DNA from: an uncultured delta proteobacterium
GTDB taxonomy: Bacteria; Desulfobacterota; Syntrophia; Syntrophales; UBA2192
Reading direction: 5' to 3'
DNA length: 61,308 bases
Assembly (NCBI GenBank): GCA_963705165.1
Contig: CAVPJD010000028.1
Coordinates: forward strand, 1 to 61,308
Under the pieces are notes generated by a model that did no database searches, was not told where the DNA came from, and worked only from the letters and a program-made list of their open reading frames with translations. The translations under genes were made by a program, and so were the position numbers. Each line of letters starts with the position of its first letter. Position 1 is the first letter of the stretch. Positions 47,895-59,742 of the stretch are shown here, piece by piece.

Positions 47895-47998
47895 TCCTCC
47901 TTATGAATCCTGCGGTGAACCCTGCGGGCAAGATCAGGCAAGTGCCCGTAAGAAGATTGCTTTTGCCGATATTGTCTTAAACCATACCTCCGGTGCCG

Positions 47999-49336
47999 TC
48001 AATAGAAATTTAAGTGGGGCGACCACGTGGGGGACACGTAGGAATCGAGCCCCTCGTGGATGACGCGCACGTTGGTGCCGTTGGAGTTCATGACACAGAC
48101 CCTGGACTTGCTGCCCAGGCGCGACACGAAAGCGATGTAGCGCCCGTCGGGGGACCAGGCCGGGTTTTCGCAGCGGCCGTTGGTCGTAAGCTGGACGGGC
48201 GTGCCCCCTTCGGTCTCCATGACCATGACCTGGAAGGTTCCGCCGGCCCGGCCCTCATAGGCGATGCGGTTCGAACGGGGATGCCAGGCAGGCGAGGTGT
48301 TGTAGCCCCCCTCGAAGGTGAGTCTCCGGACATTGGCGCCGGTTACATCCATGAGGTAGATCTGGGGCGTGCCTCCCCGGTCCGAGACAAAAGCGATCTG
48401 CTTGCCGTCGGGCGACCAGGTGGGCGAGACGTCGATGGCCGGGTCACTGGTGAGCCGCGTCATCCGTCCGTCGGAAAGGCTCAAGATGTAGATGTCCTCG
48501 CTGCCGTCCTTGCTCGAGGTCACGAGCTTGCGCTTCGAGTCCGCCGACCAGCTGGCGGGAAGATTGAGGCGGCCCGTGGAGAGGATCTTCCGCGTCGTCC
48601 GGCGGCTGAGATCCATGACGAACAGGTCCGGGGCGCCTTCCTTGTAGGAAAGAAACGAGATCTGCTTCCCGTCGGGCGACCACTTCGGCGAGAGCGTGAT
48701 GGTGCGATAGTCCGTGAGCTTCACCGGCTCCGTGCCGTCGAAGTTGACGTAGTAGATCTCGGAGGAACCGCTCTTCTTGCCGGCAAAGGCGATCTTGGTG
48801 TCGAAAAGGCCCTTCTCCCCCGTGAGCGCCACGAGGATCTCCTGGGCAAACCGCACGACCATCTCCTTGCGCTCCTCGAGCTTGCCCGTGTAGCGCTTGC
48901 CCACGATGAGCTTGCCCTGCACCGCGTCGAAGAGGCGGCACTCCAGGGTGAGGTCGCGGCCGCTCACGGTGAACCCGCCCGTTACGAGCGACTCGGCGCC
49001 GATGCCCGTCCAGGCCGGAAACTGGATGTTCTCCGTGGCAATGCCGAGCTTGGTCTGGTCGACGAGAAAGGCCTTGCGGTCGAGGATGTTGAAGAACCCC
49101 GTGATCTCCAGTGTCTTGCCCAGCGTATCGGCAAACCAGGGGGAAAGGCTCTCCTGGCTGCCCGCGTCGTTCATGTTCTTGAACGGGGTGATGGCGATGG
49201 GGAATTTCTGCGCCGAGGGGGAGTCGATGTTGATGTAGACCTTTCCCTCGGCCGCAGGTGCAATGGCCAGAACAAGGAGAATGGACACGAACAGGTACCG
49301 GATGCTTCTTCGTTTTCTCATGGTTTCCTTGAACAC
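47999..49336 (-). CDS. tolB: Tol-Pal beta-propeller protein TolB
   Basis: LTGEKG.F.TKIAF and repeated SP.WSPDG (PD40) motifs. Confidence 0.96.
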   Translation of the reverse strand: MFKETMRKRRSIRYLFVSILLVLAIAPAAEGKVYINIDSPSAQKFPIAITPFKNMNDAGSQESLSPWFADTLGKTLEITGFFNILDRKAFLVDQTKLGIATENIQFPAWTGIGAESLVTGGFTVSGRDLTLECRLFDAVQGKLIVGKRYTGKLEERKEMVVRFAQEILVALTGEKGLFDTKIAFAGKKSGSSEIYYVNFDGTEPVKLTDYRTITLSPKWSPDGKQISFLSYKEGAPDLFVMDLSRRTTRKILSTGRLNLPASWSADSKRKLVTSSKDGSEDIYILSLSDGRMTRLTSDPAIDVSPTWSPDGKQIAFVSDRGGTPQIYLMDVTGANVRRLTFEGGYNTSPAWHPRSNRIAYEGRAGGTFQVMVMETEGGTPVQLTTNGRCENPAWSPDGRYIAFVSRLGSKSRVCVMNSNGTNVRVIHEGLDSYVSPTWSPHLNFY

Positions 49337-49371
49337 CTCCCGATGTAACCTTCAACAATCCTTCATCGATT

Positions 49372-49470
49372 AAATCCCCCTCTTTCCCCCTTTTGCAAAA
49401 GGGGATGAAAGGGGGATTTTTCTTCAACCGTTGGATGCTTTACCCTGTACCCTTGACCCTTTACCCTATC
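49372..49470. repeat. REP-like palindrome plus (TACCCTN)n heptamers
   Basis: aaatccccc...cccccttttgcaaaagggg...gggggattt; taccctg taccctt gaccctt tacccta. Confidence 0.75.
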
Positions 49471-50194
49471 TTTTATAGTCGGCGGCGCGGAACCGAATCC
49501 CCAAATCCACGCTCGCATCCTGAATCCAGGACGGAAGCGGCGGGAAAGGATCCGATTTGCGGATCGCCCGGTATGCCGACTGGTCGAAAAAACTGTTTCC
49601 CGAACGTTTCTCGAAGCGGATATCCGTCACCTGGCCGTTGCGCAGGACCCGCACATCGAGGATGGCCTCGAGATTCTTGTCGGCCAGGATGCTTTGCGGC
49701 AGGGCCCAGTTCTGGCGCACCTTCGACCAGATCTGGGTGTAGTACTGGCTCATCAGCGAGGCCGTGTTGCCCTGCCCCGAAAAGGGCTGGCCGCCGGCAT
49801 CTGCGGATTCGGCTTTCTTTCGCATCTCGTCGATGGCCTGATTGAGCCGGGCCGCATCCTGTTTCTTCGTCGGCGCATCCGACTTGAGCAGAGGCGTGGG
49901 GGTCTTTGTGACGATGCTCTTCTTGAGGACAATGGCGTTGTCGCGCGCGCTCTCCTTGAGGGCTTCGCTCATGACTTCCCTCGAGAGGGCCGCCGTGGCG
50001 CTCCTGCCCAGGCTGGACGGTGCGCTCACCAGGTCCACGGAGTAGGCCGGCCCGAAGGTCCACGTTCGCGTCGGGAAGGCAGGGGAAAAGAAGAGCACGG
50101 AGAGGGCAATGGCGTGAATGAGAAGCGACAGCAGGACGGCCGTGTTCAGCCTGGTCAGGCCGTCACTTCTCCATCTGATGGTTTTTACCGTCAT
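49466..50194 (-). CDS. tolA: TolA/TonB family protein
   Basis: TM helix with S..IH motif, C-terminal SGN..FD.SA..AI...PFP; between tolR and tolB. Confidence 0.85.
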   Translation of the reverse strand: MTVKTIRWRSDGLTRLNTAVLLSLLIHAIALSVLFFSPAFPTRTWTFGPAYSVDLVSAPSSLGRSATAALSREVMSEALKESARDNAIVLKKSIVTKTPTPLLKSDAPTKKQDAARLNQAIDEMRKKAESADAGGQPFSGQGNTASLMSQYYTQIWSKVRQNWALPQSILADKNLEAILDVRVLRNGQVTDIRFEKRSGNSFFDQSAYRAIRKSDPFPPLPSWIQDASVDLGIRFRAADYKR

Positions 50195-50616
50195 CTCGAA
50201 TCCCTGGGCGGTTCCGTGATCATGCCCAGCTTGTCGATGCCCGCTTTCCGGACCTCGGACATGACCTGAACGACGTACCCGTAAGGAACCTCTTTGTCGG
50301 CCCGCATGTAGAGCTCCCGATCCGTTCTCGTCTTGAAGATGCTCTCAAGCTTCGTGCTGAGATCGGGGAGCGTCGTCTTGAATTCGTTGAGGTAGATTTC
50401 CTGCTTGCCGTTGATGGTCAGCACGAGCTTCTCTTCCGTGACGTTGATGCTCTTGGCCTTCACGCGGGGCAGGTTCACGTCGATTCCCATCTGGAGCATG
50501 GGCGCAGTGACCATGAAAATGATGAGCAGCACAAGCATCACGTCGACCAGGGGGGTCACGTTGATCTCTGAGAGTGGCTTGTGTCCCGAGTTGTTCTGTC
50601 TTCTGAACTTTGCCAT
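50191..50616 (-). CDS. tolR: TolR
   Basis: [23 protein letters not shown]. Confidence 0.95.
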   Translation of the reverse strand: MAKFRRQNNSGHKPLSEINVTPLVDVMLVLLIIFMVTAPMLQMGIDVNLPRVKAKSINVTEEKLVLTINGKQEIYLNEFKTTLPDLSTKLESIFKTRTDRELYMRADKEVPYGYVVQVMSEVRKAGIDKLGMITEPPRDSR

Positions 50617-50619
50617 GGC

Positions 50620-51369
50620 CTATTTCTGCAGGTAATGCCTCTCGACGATGTTGAGGAACTCGGAGGCGAAATTATCCATCTCCAGGGAGATGTTCCGGAT
50701 GCGGTTCAAGTAGTAGTTGTAGAATACCACCGCCGGGATGGCCGCCGCAAGTCCGAAAGCGGTGGCAACGAGGGCTTCGGAGATTCCGGGCGCCACCACC
50801 GCGAGCGTGGCGGACCCGCGGGCGCCGATGCCGCGGAAGGCGTTCATGATGCCCCAGACGGTGCCGAAAAGGCCGATGAAGGGGCAGGCGCTGCCCGTCG
50901 TGGCGAGAAACCCCAGCAGGCCCTCCAGCTTGGAGGACTCGGTGCTGCAGGCCCGGTGGAGGGCCCGCTCCACGTTGTCGATACCCTTCATCTCGATCGT
51001 CGAGTGGCCCGATAACTCCAGAGGATCCTGGGGCGTGCCCTTCGAGGTTCGGTTGATCTTGCCCAGCTCGACGTAGCCGGCCCGGAAGACCTCGGCGATC
51101 GTGGAGTTGGGGTATCGCTTCGACTCGGGCAGCACGTCCGAGAGCTTGCTCGAATTCATGTAGGAGTCGAGGAAAAGGTTATTTTCCTTTTCCGTCTTCG
51201 AGATGACGCGGTATTTCATCAGAATGATGGCCCAGGAAACAATGGAGAAGACGAGCAGCAGAAGCAGGACGAACTGCACCATCGGCCCCGCATCGACGAC
51301 CATCTGGAGGAGATTCCCCCGGAATTCCCCCCCGAAGTCCACGGCGGAAACCGCAAAGAGTGTGCCCAT
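50620..51369 (-). CDS. tolQ: TolQ
   Basis: [38 protein letters not shown] before ATG 51369. Confidence 0.95.
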   Translation of the reverse strand: MGTLFAVSAVDFGGEFRGNLLQMVVDAGPMVQFVLLLLLVFSIVSWAIILMKYRVISKTEKENNLFLDSYMNSSKLSDVLPESKRYPNSTIAEVFRAGYVELGKINRTSKGTPQDPLELSGHSTIEMKGIDNVERALHRACSTESSKLEGLLGFLATTGSACPFIGLFGTVWGIMNAFRGIGARGSATLAVVAPGISEALVATAFGLAAAIPAVVFYNYYLNRIRNISLEMDNFASEFLNIVERHYLQK

Positions 51370-51570
51370 TGACGACCTCCGGGTCAGACCGGGCTGCTGC
51401 CCCAAATGCGATGAGACGACGGAGCGACACATCGCATCCATCGCCTTTGAACAGCCCCGGCAACGAGTTAAAGTGGCCTATCTGTAATGGATATCGCCTG
51501 CGATGTCAACACCCTTTTCGGGTGGGGCAGGGTATCGGGTTCAGGGCCCAACGCACAAGGAGCAGGCATT

Positions 51571-51696
51571 GGGAATAGGGTCCAAATCGGGGTCGAGGGT
51601 TTCGGGTATAGGGTATAGGGAAGGTACTATAGATTATTTATAACAGACGAAATCCTATTCCATCCCGATACCCGAGTCCCGATACCCGATACCCTT
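51571..51696. repeat. Hairpin of heptamer repeats (GGGTATA / CCCGATA)
   Basis: gggtttc gggtata gggtata ... cccgata cccgagt cccgata cccgata. Confidence 0.75.
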
Positions 51697-51778
51697 CTTA
51701 TATATCGACTAAAGGGCAGACCGTCCTCATGGATTTCTTGACTCCGCCGCCTCCTGTCTGCTATATACGACCCAACGC

Positions 51779-51891
51779 CCTTTTAAGAGCAATCCGGAGA
51801 GATTGAAAAAGGTCGCACCCATGATTGTCAAAATTGTTCGTTGCTGGCCGATAAAGGAAGACCTTCCCGGATGACGGGAAGGTTTTTTTTT
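51779..51891 (+). promoter_or_regulatory. PyrR-binding RNA element and attenuator terminator
   Basis: ccttttaagagc-aatccggagagatt-gaaaaagg resembles the CUUUAA / ARUCCNGNGAGGYU consensus; terminator accttcccg-gatga-cgggaaggt-T8; promoter TTGACT...TGcTATATA at 51738-51767. Confidence 0.85.
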
Positions 51892-51929
51892 GGATGCCGG
51901 GAAGGGCGCAAACGGAAGAGGTGAAAGGC

Positions 51930-52469
51930 ATGAAGAAGAGAAAGGTCGTCATGGATGCCGAGGCCATCGAGCGCTCGCTCACGCGGGTCGCCTACCAGAT
52001 CGTCGAGAAGAACAAGGGGGTCGAGGACCTCGTTCTCATCGGGATCCAGAAGGGCGGGGTCCTGCTGGCCGAGCGCCTGGGCAAGAAGATCTCCGCCATC
52101 GAGGGCGTCCCGATTCCCGCGGGGAAGCTCGACATCACGCTCTACCGCGACGACATTATGAAATCGGGCAAACAGCTTGAGATCGGCAAGACGGACATCC
52201 CCTTCTCGCTCAACGGCAAAAAGGTGGTCATCGTCGACGACGTCCTCTTCACGGGAAGGACCATCCGGGCGGCCATGGACGCGTTGATGGACTTCGGCAG
52301 GCCCAAGCTCATCCAGCTTGCCGTGCTCATCGACCGCGGCCATCGCGAGATCCCCATCCGGGCCGACTTCGTCGGGAAGAACCTCCCCTCATCGCAGTCG
52401 GAGGAAGTGCTCGTCAAGCTCTCGAAGCGAAAGACCTCGGACTCGGTCAGCATCGAGGAAACGTTTTAG
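51930..52469 (+). CDS. pyrR: Pyrimidine operon attenuation protein/uracil phosphoribosyltransferase
   Basis: [44 protein letters not shown]. Confidence 0.98.
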   Translation: MKKRKVVMDAEAIERSLTRVAYQIVEKNKGVEDLVLIGIQKGGVLLAERLGKKISAIEGVPIPAGKLDITLYRDDIMKSGKQLEIGKTDIPFSLNGKKVVIVDDVLFTGRTIRAAMDALMDFGRPKLIQLAVLIDRGHREIPIRADFVGKNLPSSQSEEVLVKLSKRKTSDSVSIEETF

Positions 52470-52618
52470 CGGCCGAAGGGCCGGGTACAGGGTCAAGGGT
52501 TCAGGGGCGGAAAAAGCAGAGCAAGCCCCGTACCGTGAGACAAAATCCTGCGGCCTTCGAAGAACGGCAAGAAATTTCCAGCTGATCATTCTCATTCATT
52601 CATCCATCGGGGTTTGAC

Positions 52619-53542
52619 ATGAAACTGGCCAGAAAAGACCTCCTGGGCATCCAGGAATTGAGCGTCGAGGAGATCAACATCATCCTCGACACGGCGGACT
52701 CCTTCATCGATATCTCCACGAGGGAGATCAAGAAGGTCCCCACGCTGCGCGGCGTGACCGTCGTCAACCTCTTCTACGAGCCCAGCACGCGTACGAGGAC
52801 CTCCTTCGAGATCGCCGCCAAGCGGCTGAGCGCAGACACGATCAACATCACCACCTCCACGAGCAGCGTCGTCAAGGGCGAGACCTTCGTGGATACGGCC
52901 CGAAACCTCGAGGCCATGAACCCGGACATCATCGTGCTGCGCCACAGCGCCGCAGGAGCGCCCCACATGCTCTCCAGGGTGGTCCGGCAGTCCGTCATCA
53001 ACGCGGGCGACGGGGCCCACGAGCACCCCACGCAGGCCCTGCTCGACATGATGACGATGCGGGAGAAGAAAAAGCGCCTGACTGGCCTCAAGGTGGCCAT
53101 CGTGGGAGACATCGCCCACAGCCGGGTGGCCCGCTCGAACATCTACGGCCTGACCAAGATGGGCGCGACGGTGAGCGTCGGCGGTCCCATCACCATGATG
53201 CCCCGCTACGTCGAGCGCCTTGGCGTCGAGGTCCATTACAAACTCGAGGACGCCATCCGGGATGCCGACATCATCATGATGCTTCGCATCCAGCTCGAGC
53301 GCCAGGAGACGAACCTCTTCCCCTCTCTGAGAGAGTACGCCCGATACTACTGCCTGAACCGCAAAAACATCGCTGCGGCCAAGGACGACGTCCTCATCAT
53401 GCACCCGGGCCCCATGAACCGCGGCGTGGAGATCTCGCCGGAGATCGCCGACGGGCCCTACTCGGTCATCCTCGAGCAGGTCACCAACGGGGTGGCCGTG
53501 CGGATGGCCCTGCTCTATCTCTTGTCGGGAGGCAAGTCATGA
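52619..53542 (+). CDS. pyrB: Aspartate carbamoyltransferase catalytic subunit
   Basis: [37 protein letters not shown]. Confidence 0.98.
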   Translation: MKLARKDLLGIQELSVEEINIILDTADSFIDISTREIKKVPTLRGVTVVNLFYEPSTRTRTSFEIAAKRLSADTINITTSTSSVVKGETFVDTARNLEAMNPDIIVLRHSAAGAPHMLSRVVRQSVINAGDGAHEHPTQALLDMMTMREKKKRLTGLKVAIVGDIAHSRVARSNIYGLTKMGATVSVGGPITMMPRYVERLGVEVHYKLEDAIRDADIIMMLRIQLERQETNLFPSLREYARYYCLNRKNIAAAKDDVLIMHPGPMNRGVEISPEIADGPYSVILEQVTNGVAVRMALLYLLSGGKS

Positions 53543-54837
53543 CGATGCTGCTCAAAGGCGGAAGGGTCATCGACCCCTCCCAGAAGATCGACGACATCCT
53601 GGACGTCCTCATCGAAGGCGGCAAGATCGCCGCGGTGGGCCGAAATCTCGTCGACGACGGAAAGGGCAAGAAAAAGGACACGGGACTCACGGTCCTGGAT
53701 CTCAAGGGAAAGCTCGTCGTGCCCGGGCTCATCGACATCCACACGCACCTGCGGGAGCCGGGCTACGAGTACAAGGAAACGGTCGAGTCGGGATGCGAGG
53801 CGGCCGTGGCGGGCGGTTTCACCTCCATTGCCTGCATGCCCAACACGAACCCCGTAAACGACAACCGCTCCGTGACGGAGTTCATCCTCAGGCAGGCCCG
53901 GAAGGCAAACCTCGCCAACGTCTACCCGATTGCCGCCATCAGCAAGGGCTCCGAAGGAAAGATGCTCGCCGAGTTCGGCGATCTCAAGGAGGCGGGCGCG
54001 GCGGGCCTCTCCGATGACGGCAGGCCCGTCATGCACGCGGGGCTCATGAAGCGGGCACTCGAGTACGCCCACTCCCTGGAGCTGCCCATTGTCGCGCACT
54101 GCGAGGAGCTGCAGCTCTCGACGGGGGGCCTCATGAACGAGGGGCTCTCTTCGACGGAACTCGGGATGCCGGGAATCCCCACCATCTCCGAGGACATCAT
54201 GGTGATGCGCGACATCCTGATCGCCGAGTACGTGGGAACCTCCGTCCACATCTGCCACGTCAGCTCCGCCGGCGCCGTGCGCATCATCCGGCAGGCCCGG
54301 GAGCGCGGGGTGAAGGTGACGGCCGAGACGGCGCCCCATTACCTGCTGCTGACCGACGAGGCCCTCAAGGACTTCGGGACCTCCTTCAAGGTGAGCCCGC
54401 CCCTTCGCAGCGCCGAGGACGTGGCCGCCGTCCGTGCGGGGCTTCGCGACGGCACGATCGAGGTCATCGCATGCGACCACGCGCCCCACTCGGCCATCGA
54501 GAAGGAGGTGGAGTTCGAGTATGCCGCAAACGGCATGGTCGGCCTCGAAACCTCGCTGGGACTGTGCTGGAAGCTCGTCGAGGAGGGTTTGCTCACCCCG
54601 TCGGAGCTGATCGCCCGGATGACGGTGAATGCCGCCCGCGTGCTGCGGATTCCCGGGGGAACGCTCAAAAAAGGCGCCGTTGCCGACGTGACCGTCATCG
54701 ACCCGAAGAAAGCCTGGACGGTGGACATCCGGAAGTTCCGCTCCAAGAGCCGCAACTCGCCCTTCGACGGCTGGAAGCTCCCGGCCAAGGCGGTCCTCAC
54801 GATCGTGGGCGGGGAGATCAAGTACAATGAACTGTAA
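53539..54837 (+). CDS. pyrC: Dihydroorotase
   Basis: [28 protein letters not shown]. Confidence 0.97.
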   Translation: MTMLLKGGRVIDPSQKIDDILDVLIEGGKIAAVGRNLVDDGKGKKKDTGLTVLDLKGKLVVPGLIDIHTHLREPGYEYKETVESGCEAAVAGGFTSIACMPNTNPVNDNRSVTEFILRQARKANLANVYPIAAISKGSEGKMLAEFGDLKEAGAAGLSDDGRPVMHAGLMKRALEYAHSLELPIVAHCEELQLSTGGLMNEGLSSTELGMPGIPTISEDIMVMRDILIAEYVGTSVHICHVSSAGAVRIIRQARERGVKVTAETAPHYLLLTDEALKDFGTSFKVSPPLRSAEDVAAVRAGLRDGTIEVIACDHAPHSAIEKEVEFEYAANGMVGLETSLGLCWKLVEEGLLTPSELIARMTVNAARVLRIPGGTLKKGAVADVTVIDPKKAWTVDIRKFRSKSRNSPFDGWKLPAKAVLTIVGGEIKYNEL

Positions 54838-54924
54838 AGGCAGGGTACAGGGTCAAGGGGCCAGGGTACAGGAAGAAATCTTCTTCATTGCCCTGAACCC
54901 TGAACCCTGAACCCTGGACCCTTT
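54838..54924. repeat. Hairpin of heptamer repeats (AGGGTNC / CCCTGAA)
   Basis: cagggta cagggtc aaggggc cagggta ... ccctgaa x3 ccctgga; fills the pyrC-recO gap. Confidence 0.85.
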
Positions 54925-54926
54925 CC

Positions 54927-55703
54927 ATGACCTCCAAATCAAGCCATAAAGTTCAGGCCATCGTGCTTCGGTCGCTCGACTACGGCGAGTCGGACCGCAT
55001 CCTCACCTTCCTCACCGATGAGTTCGGCAAACTCAAGGGGATCGCCAAGGGGGCGCGGCGCAGCCGCAGGCGCTTCGCCAACGCGTTGGAGCCCTTCTCG
55101 CTTTCCACTCTCCTCTTTTCCCGAAGGGGCAGCGGCGGCCTTGCCTTCATCGAAGGCTCCGACGTCATCAACCACTTCGCCGGCATCCGGGCCGATCTCG
55201 ACCGAACCCTGGTTGCCGCCTACGTGGCGGAGCTTGCCGAGCAATTCTCCGTGGAGGGAAAAAAGAATTTGCCCCTCTTCGAGCTGTTGACGGACTTTCT
55301 CGGCTTCATCGAGTGCGGGCAGATGACGGAGACGGCGGAGCGGTTCTTCGAGCTTCGTCTGCTGAAATCGGCGGGATTCGAGCCCGTGCTGGACCGTTGC
55401 GTCACCTGCGGCACCCCGCTGGAGACGATCGAATCGCCCCGCTTCGACTGCCGGGAAGGGGGCATCCGCTGCGCGCGATGCACCGTGAACGGCCCCGATT
55501 TCATCCCCGTCTCCGTCGGCACGCTCAAGACGCTCCTGCTGGGTCGCGACATCGACTTCGCCAGGATGCCCCGCGTCGGGCTCTCGGGCCCCATGGCCCG
55601 CGAGAGCCGGGAGGTCCTCGGCTGCTTCGTGCGGCACCTCACGGGTCGCGAGCTCAAGTCCCTGAATGTCCTCGGGGAAATCCGGAAACGCTACACGCCT
55701 TGA
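54927..55703 (+). CDS. recO: DNA repair protein RecO
   Basis: YGESDRI, GIAKGARRSRRRF, FELRLL..G, CxxC...CxxC; upstream of glyQS. Confidence 0.96.
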   Translation: MTSKSSHKVQAIVLRSLDYGESDRILTFLTDEFGKLKGIAKGARRSRRRFANALEPFSLSTLLFSRRGSGGLAFIEGSDVINHFAGIRADLDRTLVAAYVAELAEQFSVEGKKNLPLFELLTDFLGFIECGQMTETAERFFELRLLKSAGFEPVLDRCVTCGTPLETIESPRFDCREGGIRCARCTVNGPDFIPVSVGTLKTLLLGRDIDFARMPRVGLSGPMARESREVLGCFVRHLTGRELKSLNVLGEIRKRYTP

Positions 55704-55810
55704 AGAAGAGGTTGAGAGGGTGAGAACGTGAGAAGGTTGGAGAAACAGAGAGACATGCAGCGATGCACCGACCCTCCAACCTTCTTACCCTCTCACCTTC
55801 TTACCTTCTC
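55703..55810. repeat. Hairpin of octamer repeats (GGTGAGAA / CCTTCTTA)
   Basis: gttgagag ggtgagaa cgtgagaa ggttggag ... ccctccaa ccttctta ccctctca ccttctta. Confidence 0.8.
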
Positions 55811-55964
55811 TTTTTGATTGACATGCCCCCCTCTAAATGCTAGTTGTGCCGCTTGACACGGATATCCCCGTATTAACTTGCTTTTTCCGGGATGAGCGGG
55901 TCATTCCCGCCCCATTTGACAACCACCTCGGCATCATTGCCCGATCGACAGGGAGGTAACAGTC

Positions 55965-56843
<879 letters not shown>

Positions 56844-56955
56844 GCTGACTAGTGCTTCAGGCTGCTGGCTTCAGGCCATGAGTGAAAAAAGCATTTTCCA
56901 TCTATCCAGATGCCGGATGCCCGATGCCACGGTGCCACTAAAATCGGAGATATTC

Positions 56956-59034
56956 ATGGCCAAGGAACTGTTTCTCGAAATCGGGACGGAGGAGATCCCC
57001 GCGGCCTTCCTGCCGAAGGCAATCGCGGACATGGAGGAGATGATCCAGAAGGAGTTTGCCGCCAGCCGCATCAAGCACGGCGCGGTGAAGGCCGTGGCCA
57101 CCCCGCGAAGGCTTGCGCTCTGTGTCTCCCGCGTAGCCGAAAGGCAGGAGGACCAGGTCATCGAAAAGCTCGGGCCCGCGAAGAAAGTCGCCTACGACGA
57201 GCAGGGCAACCCCACGAAGGCCGCCCTCGGCTTTGCCAGGGGTCAGGGCATCGACATCTCCGAGGTGGAGATCATCTCGACCGACAAGGGTGAGTACATC
57301 GGCGCCCGCAAGAAGCTCGAGGGCGAGGACACGGTCAAGCTTTTGCCCGCGATCCTGCCCAAATTCATCCTCTCGATCCCCTTCAAGAAGTCCATGCGGT
57401 GGATGAACCTCGAGATCCGCTTCGCCCGGCCCATCCACTGGATCGTGGCCCTCTACGGCGGCGACGTGGTCCCCTTCAGGATCGAGAACATCGCATCGGG
57501 CGATATGTCGCGCGGGCATCGCTTCATGAGCCCCAAGCCCTTCAAGGTGAAAGGGTACAGGGACTACCTGGCGAAAACCCGCAAGCGCTTCGTGCTCGTC
57601 GACCCCGAGGAGCGCAGGCGCATCCTCCTCGAGGAGGCCCGGAAGGCGGCGGCGGGCGTGGGCGGAAAGATCCTCGAGAACGAGGAACTCATCCGGGAGG
57701 TCTCCTTCCTCGTCGAGTACCCCTCGGCGGTGCTGGGCAACTTCGAGAAGGACTACCTGAAGATCCCCAAGGACGTCCTCACCACGACGATGATCTCGCA
57801 CCAGAAGTACTTCCCCGTCGTCGACGCCGACGGCAACCTCATGGCCCACTTCGTGACGATCAACAACACCGTGGCGAAGGACCCCGCCGTCGTGGCCCGC
57901 GGCAACGAGAAGGTCATCCGGGCGCGCCTTGCCGACGCGAAATTCTTCTTCGAGGAAGACCAGAAGACGCCGCTCATGACGCACTTCGAGGAGCTCAGGA
58001 AGGTCGTATTCCACTCGGCCCTCGGCACCTCCTACGACAAGGTCATGCAGTTCCGGGAGCTTGCGGCGTGGATCGCCGACAAGGTCAGCCCGGCCCTCAA
58101 GGACACCGTGGACCGCACGGCCCTGCTCTCCAAGGCCGACCTCGAGACGAAGATGGTCTATGAGTTCCCCGAGCTCCAGGGGAAGATGGGGCGCGAGTAC
58201 GCCTTGATCCAGGGCGAAAACCCCGTCGTCGCCAGGGCCGTCTATGAGCACTACCTGCCCACCTCGGGCGGCGGCGATCTGCCCCAGACCGAAGAGGGCT
58301 CCATCGTGAGCATCGCCGACAAGACGGACACGATCGTGGGATTTTTCGGGATCAACGTCATCCCCACGGGAACGGCCGATCCCTACGCCCTGCGCAGGCA
58401 GGCCCTGGGCATCATCAACATCATCCTCAACAAGGGCTACCCCATCGAGTTGCCGGAGCTCGTGGATCGCAGCATCGCTATCCTGTCGAAAAAGTTCAAG
58501 CGAACGCCCGAGGAAACGAAGAAAGACGTCCTGGAGTTCTTCCGGAGCCGATTCTCGAACCAGCTCGTCTCGCAGGGGCGACCCTATGACGTGGTGGAGT
58601 CCGTGCTGGCCACGGGCATCACGGATCTGGTGCAGGCCATCAAGAAGATCGAGGCCGTCGAGGCCACCAAGGGCGACCCCGACTTCGAGCCCCTCGCCGT
58701 GGCCTTCAAGCGGGTGAGCAACATCCTGAAGGACTTCAAGGACGGTTGCGTCGACCCCGTGCTCTTCGAGAACGAGGCCGAGCAGGCCCTGTACAGCGCC
58801 TACATCGAGATCCGCAAGAAGGCCGAGGCTCTCATCGAGATGGGCAATTACACGGAGGCCCTCCTCGAGATGGTCCGTCTGAGAAAGCCCGTAGACTCCT
58901 TCTTCGAGGCCGTCATGGTCATGGCCAAGGACGAGAAGGTGAAGTTCAACCGCCTCTCGCTCCTCGAAGCCGTGGCAAAGCTCTTCCACAAGGTGGCGGA
59001 TTTTTCGAAGATCGTGACGGAGAAAGCAGGGTAA
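56956..59034 (+). CDS. glyS: Glycine-tRNA ligase beta subunit
   Basis: LEIGTEEIPA, TPRRL, FARP.HW, EFPELQG.MG, DPYALRR. Confidence 0.99.
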   Translation: MAKELFLEIGTEEIPAAFLPKAIADMEEMIQKEFAASRIKHGAVKAVATPRRLALCVSRVAERQEDQVIEKLGPAKKVAYDEQGNPTKAALGFARGQGIDISEVEIISTDKGEYIGARKKLEGEDTVKLLPAILPKFILSIPFKKSMRWMNLEIRFARPIHWIVALYGGDVVPFRIENIASGDMSRGHRFMSPKPFKVKGYRDYLAKTRKRFVLVDPEERRRILLEEARKAAAGVGGKILENEELIREVSFLVEYPSAVLGNFEKDYLKIPKDVLTTTMISHQKYFPVVDADGNLMAHFVTINNTVAKDPAVVARGNEKVIRARLADAKFFFEEDQKTPLMTHFEELRKVVFHSALGTSYDKVMQFRELAAWIADKVSPALKDTVDRTALLSKADLETKMVYEFPELQGKMGREYALIQGENPVVARAVYEHYLPTSGGGDLPQTEEGSIVSIADKTDTIVGFFGINVIPTGTADPYALRRQALGIINIILNKGYPIELPELVDRSIAILSKKFKRTPEETKKDVLEFFRSRFSNQLVSQGRPYDVVESVLATGITDLVQAIKKIEAVEATKGDPDFEPLAVAFKRVSNILKDFKDGCVDPVLFENEAEQALYSAYIEIRKKAEALIEMGNYTEALLEMVRLRKPVDSFFEAVMVMAKDEKVKFNRLSLLEAVAKLFHKVADFSKIVTEKAG

Positions 59035-59148
59035 AGGGTTCAGGGTCAAGGGTACAGGCAAAAAGAAAGGATCGGGGAATGATTTCCTCGATCCTTTTTC
59101 TTTACGTCTTTTCTGCCCTGGACCCTGTCCCCTTTACCCTGGACCCTG
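59035..59148. repeat. Hairpin of heptamer repeats between convergent glyS and the PAS-like gene
   Basis: agggttc agggtca agggtac ... ccctgga ccctgtc cccttta ccctgga ccctg, with an internal inverted repeat aaaggatcg/cgatccttt. Confidence 0.8.
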
Positions 59149-59652
59149 TTTCTCCGCTTCCCGTACGTCATGAATCGTCAGGCGCACGAAGGAGTTCACC
59201 CTCTCCGTCTCGATCAGGAAGCGCAACCGCTTGTCGCCGCTGACGAGGCCGATGTCCGCAAAGGCCGTCTTGCGGCAGGGCTCTGCCGTGGCCATGGTGT
59301 GCGCCACGCACTGCCGGATCGCGCAGCTCTTGCAGTGAACCGTCTGTCCGCACCCGCCCGGCTCCCTGGAGTGGCTGCACCCGAGGACCTCACCGGCCAG
59401 CTCCCCACAGATCTCGAGCTGCTCTATGGTCAGCATCTTCCGCGCGGCCGCATTGGCGGCGATCACCCGGGCGTTGTCCTGCACGACGAGTACAGGCGCC
59501 CTCAACTCGTCAAGGAACTCCGACATGGGCTGCCCTAGCTCCCGGACCATGAGGGGGAGGCACTGGTCGCAGACACCGTGCGAGACGGCATCGAACTCCG
59601 AGGGCTTGGTCTTTACCTGTTTTTTGCAGTAGCAGCAGACGACGCGCAGCAT
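59134..59652 (-). CDS. Cys-rich PAS-like domain protein
   Basis: PVLVV...RVIAAN.AA PAS signature; 12 Cys including CxxC..HG.CxxC and GC.H..GGCG...HCxxC. Confidence 0.7.
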   Translation of the reverse strand: MLRVVCCYCKKQVKTKPSEFDAVSHGVCDQCLPLMVRELGQPMSEFLDELRAPVLVVQDNARVIAANAAARKMLTIEQLEICGELAGEVLGCSHSREPGGCGQTVHCKSCAIRQCVAHTMATAEPCRKTAFADIGLVSGDKRLRFLIETERVNSFVRLTIHDVREAEKQGPG

Positions 59653-59742
59653 GTTCCCGGAATCCTTTCGAATCGAGATAGCGTCCCGTGGGCGTTCTGT
59701 TCCGGATGAGGCTCGATGCGGAAAAGCGGCGGGAGCCGGTGC

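Noticed and set aside
55850..55964. T-box riboswitch upstream of glyQ
   Set aside because: No T-box consensus (AAGGTGGNACC-like) or terminator, and the leader is too short.
56938..59061. Long antisense or alternative-frame ORFs (e.g. 707 aa opposite glyS, 620 aa opposite the TPR gene, 448 aa opposite hemA)
   Set aside because: Shadow ORFs caused by high-GC codon bias; they overlap well-identified genes and show no motifs.
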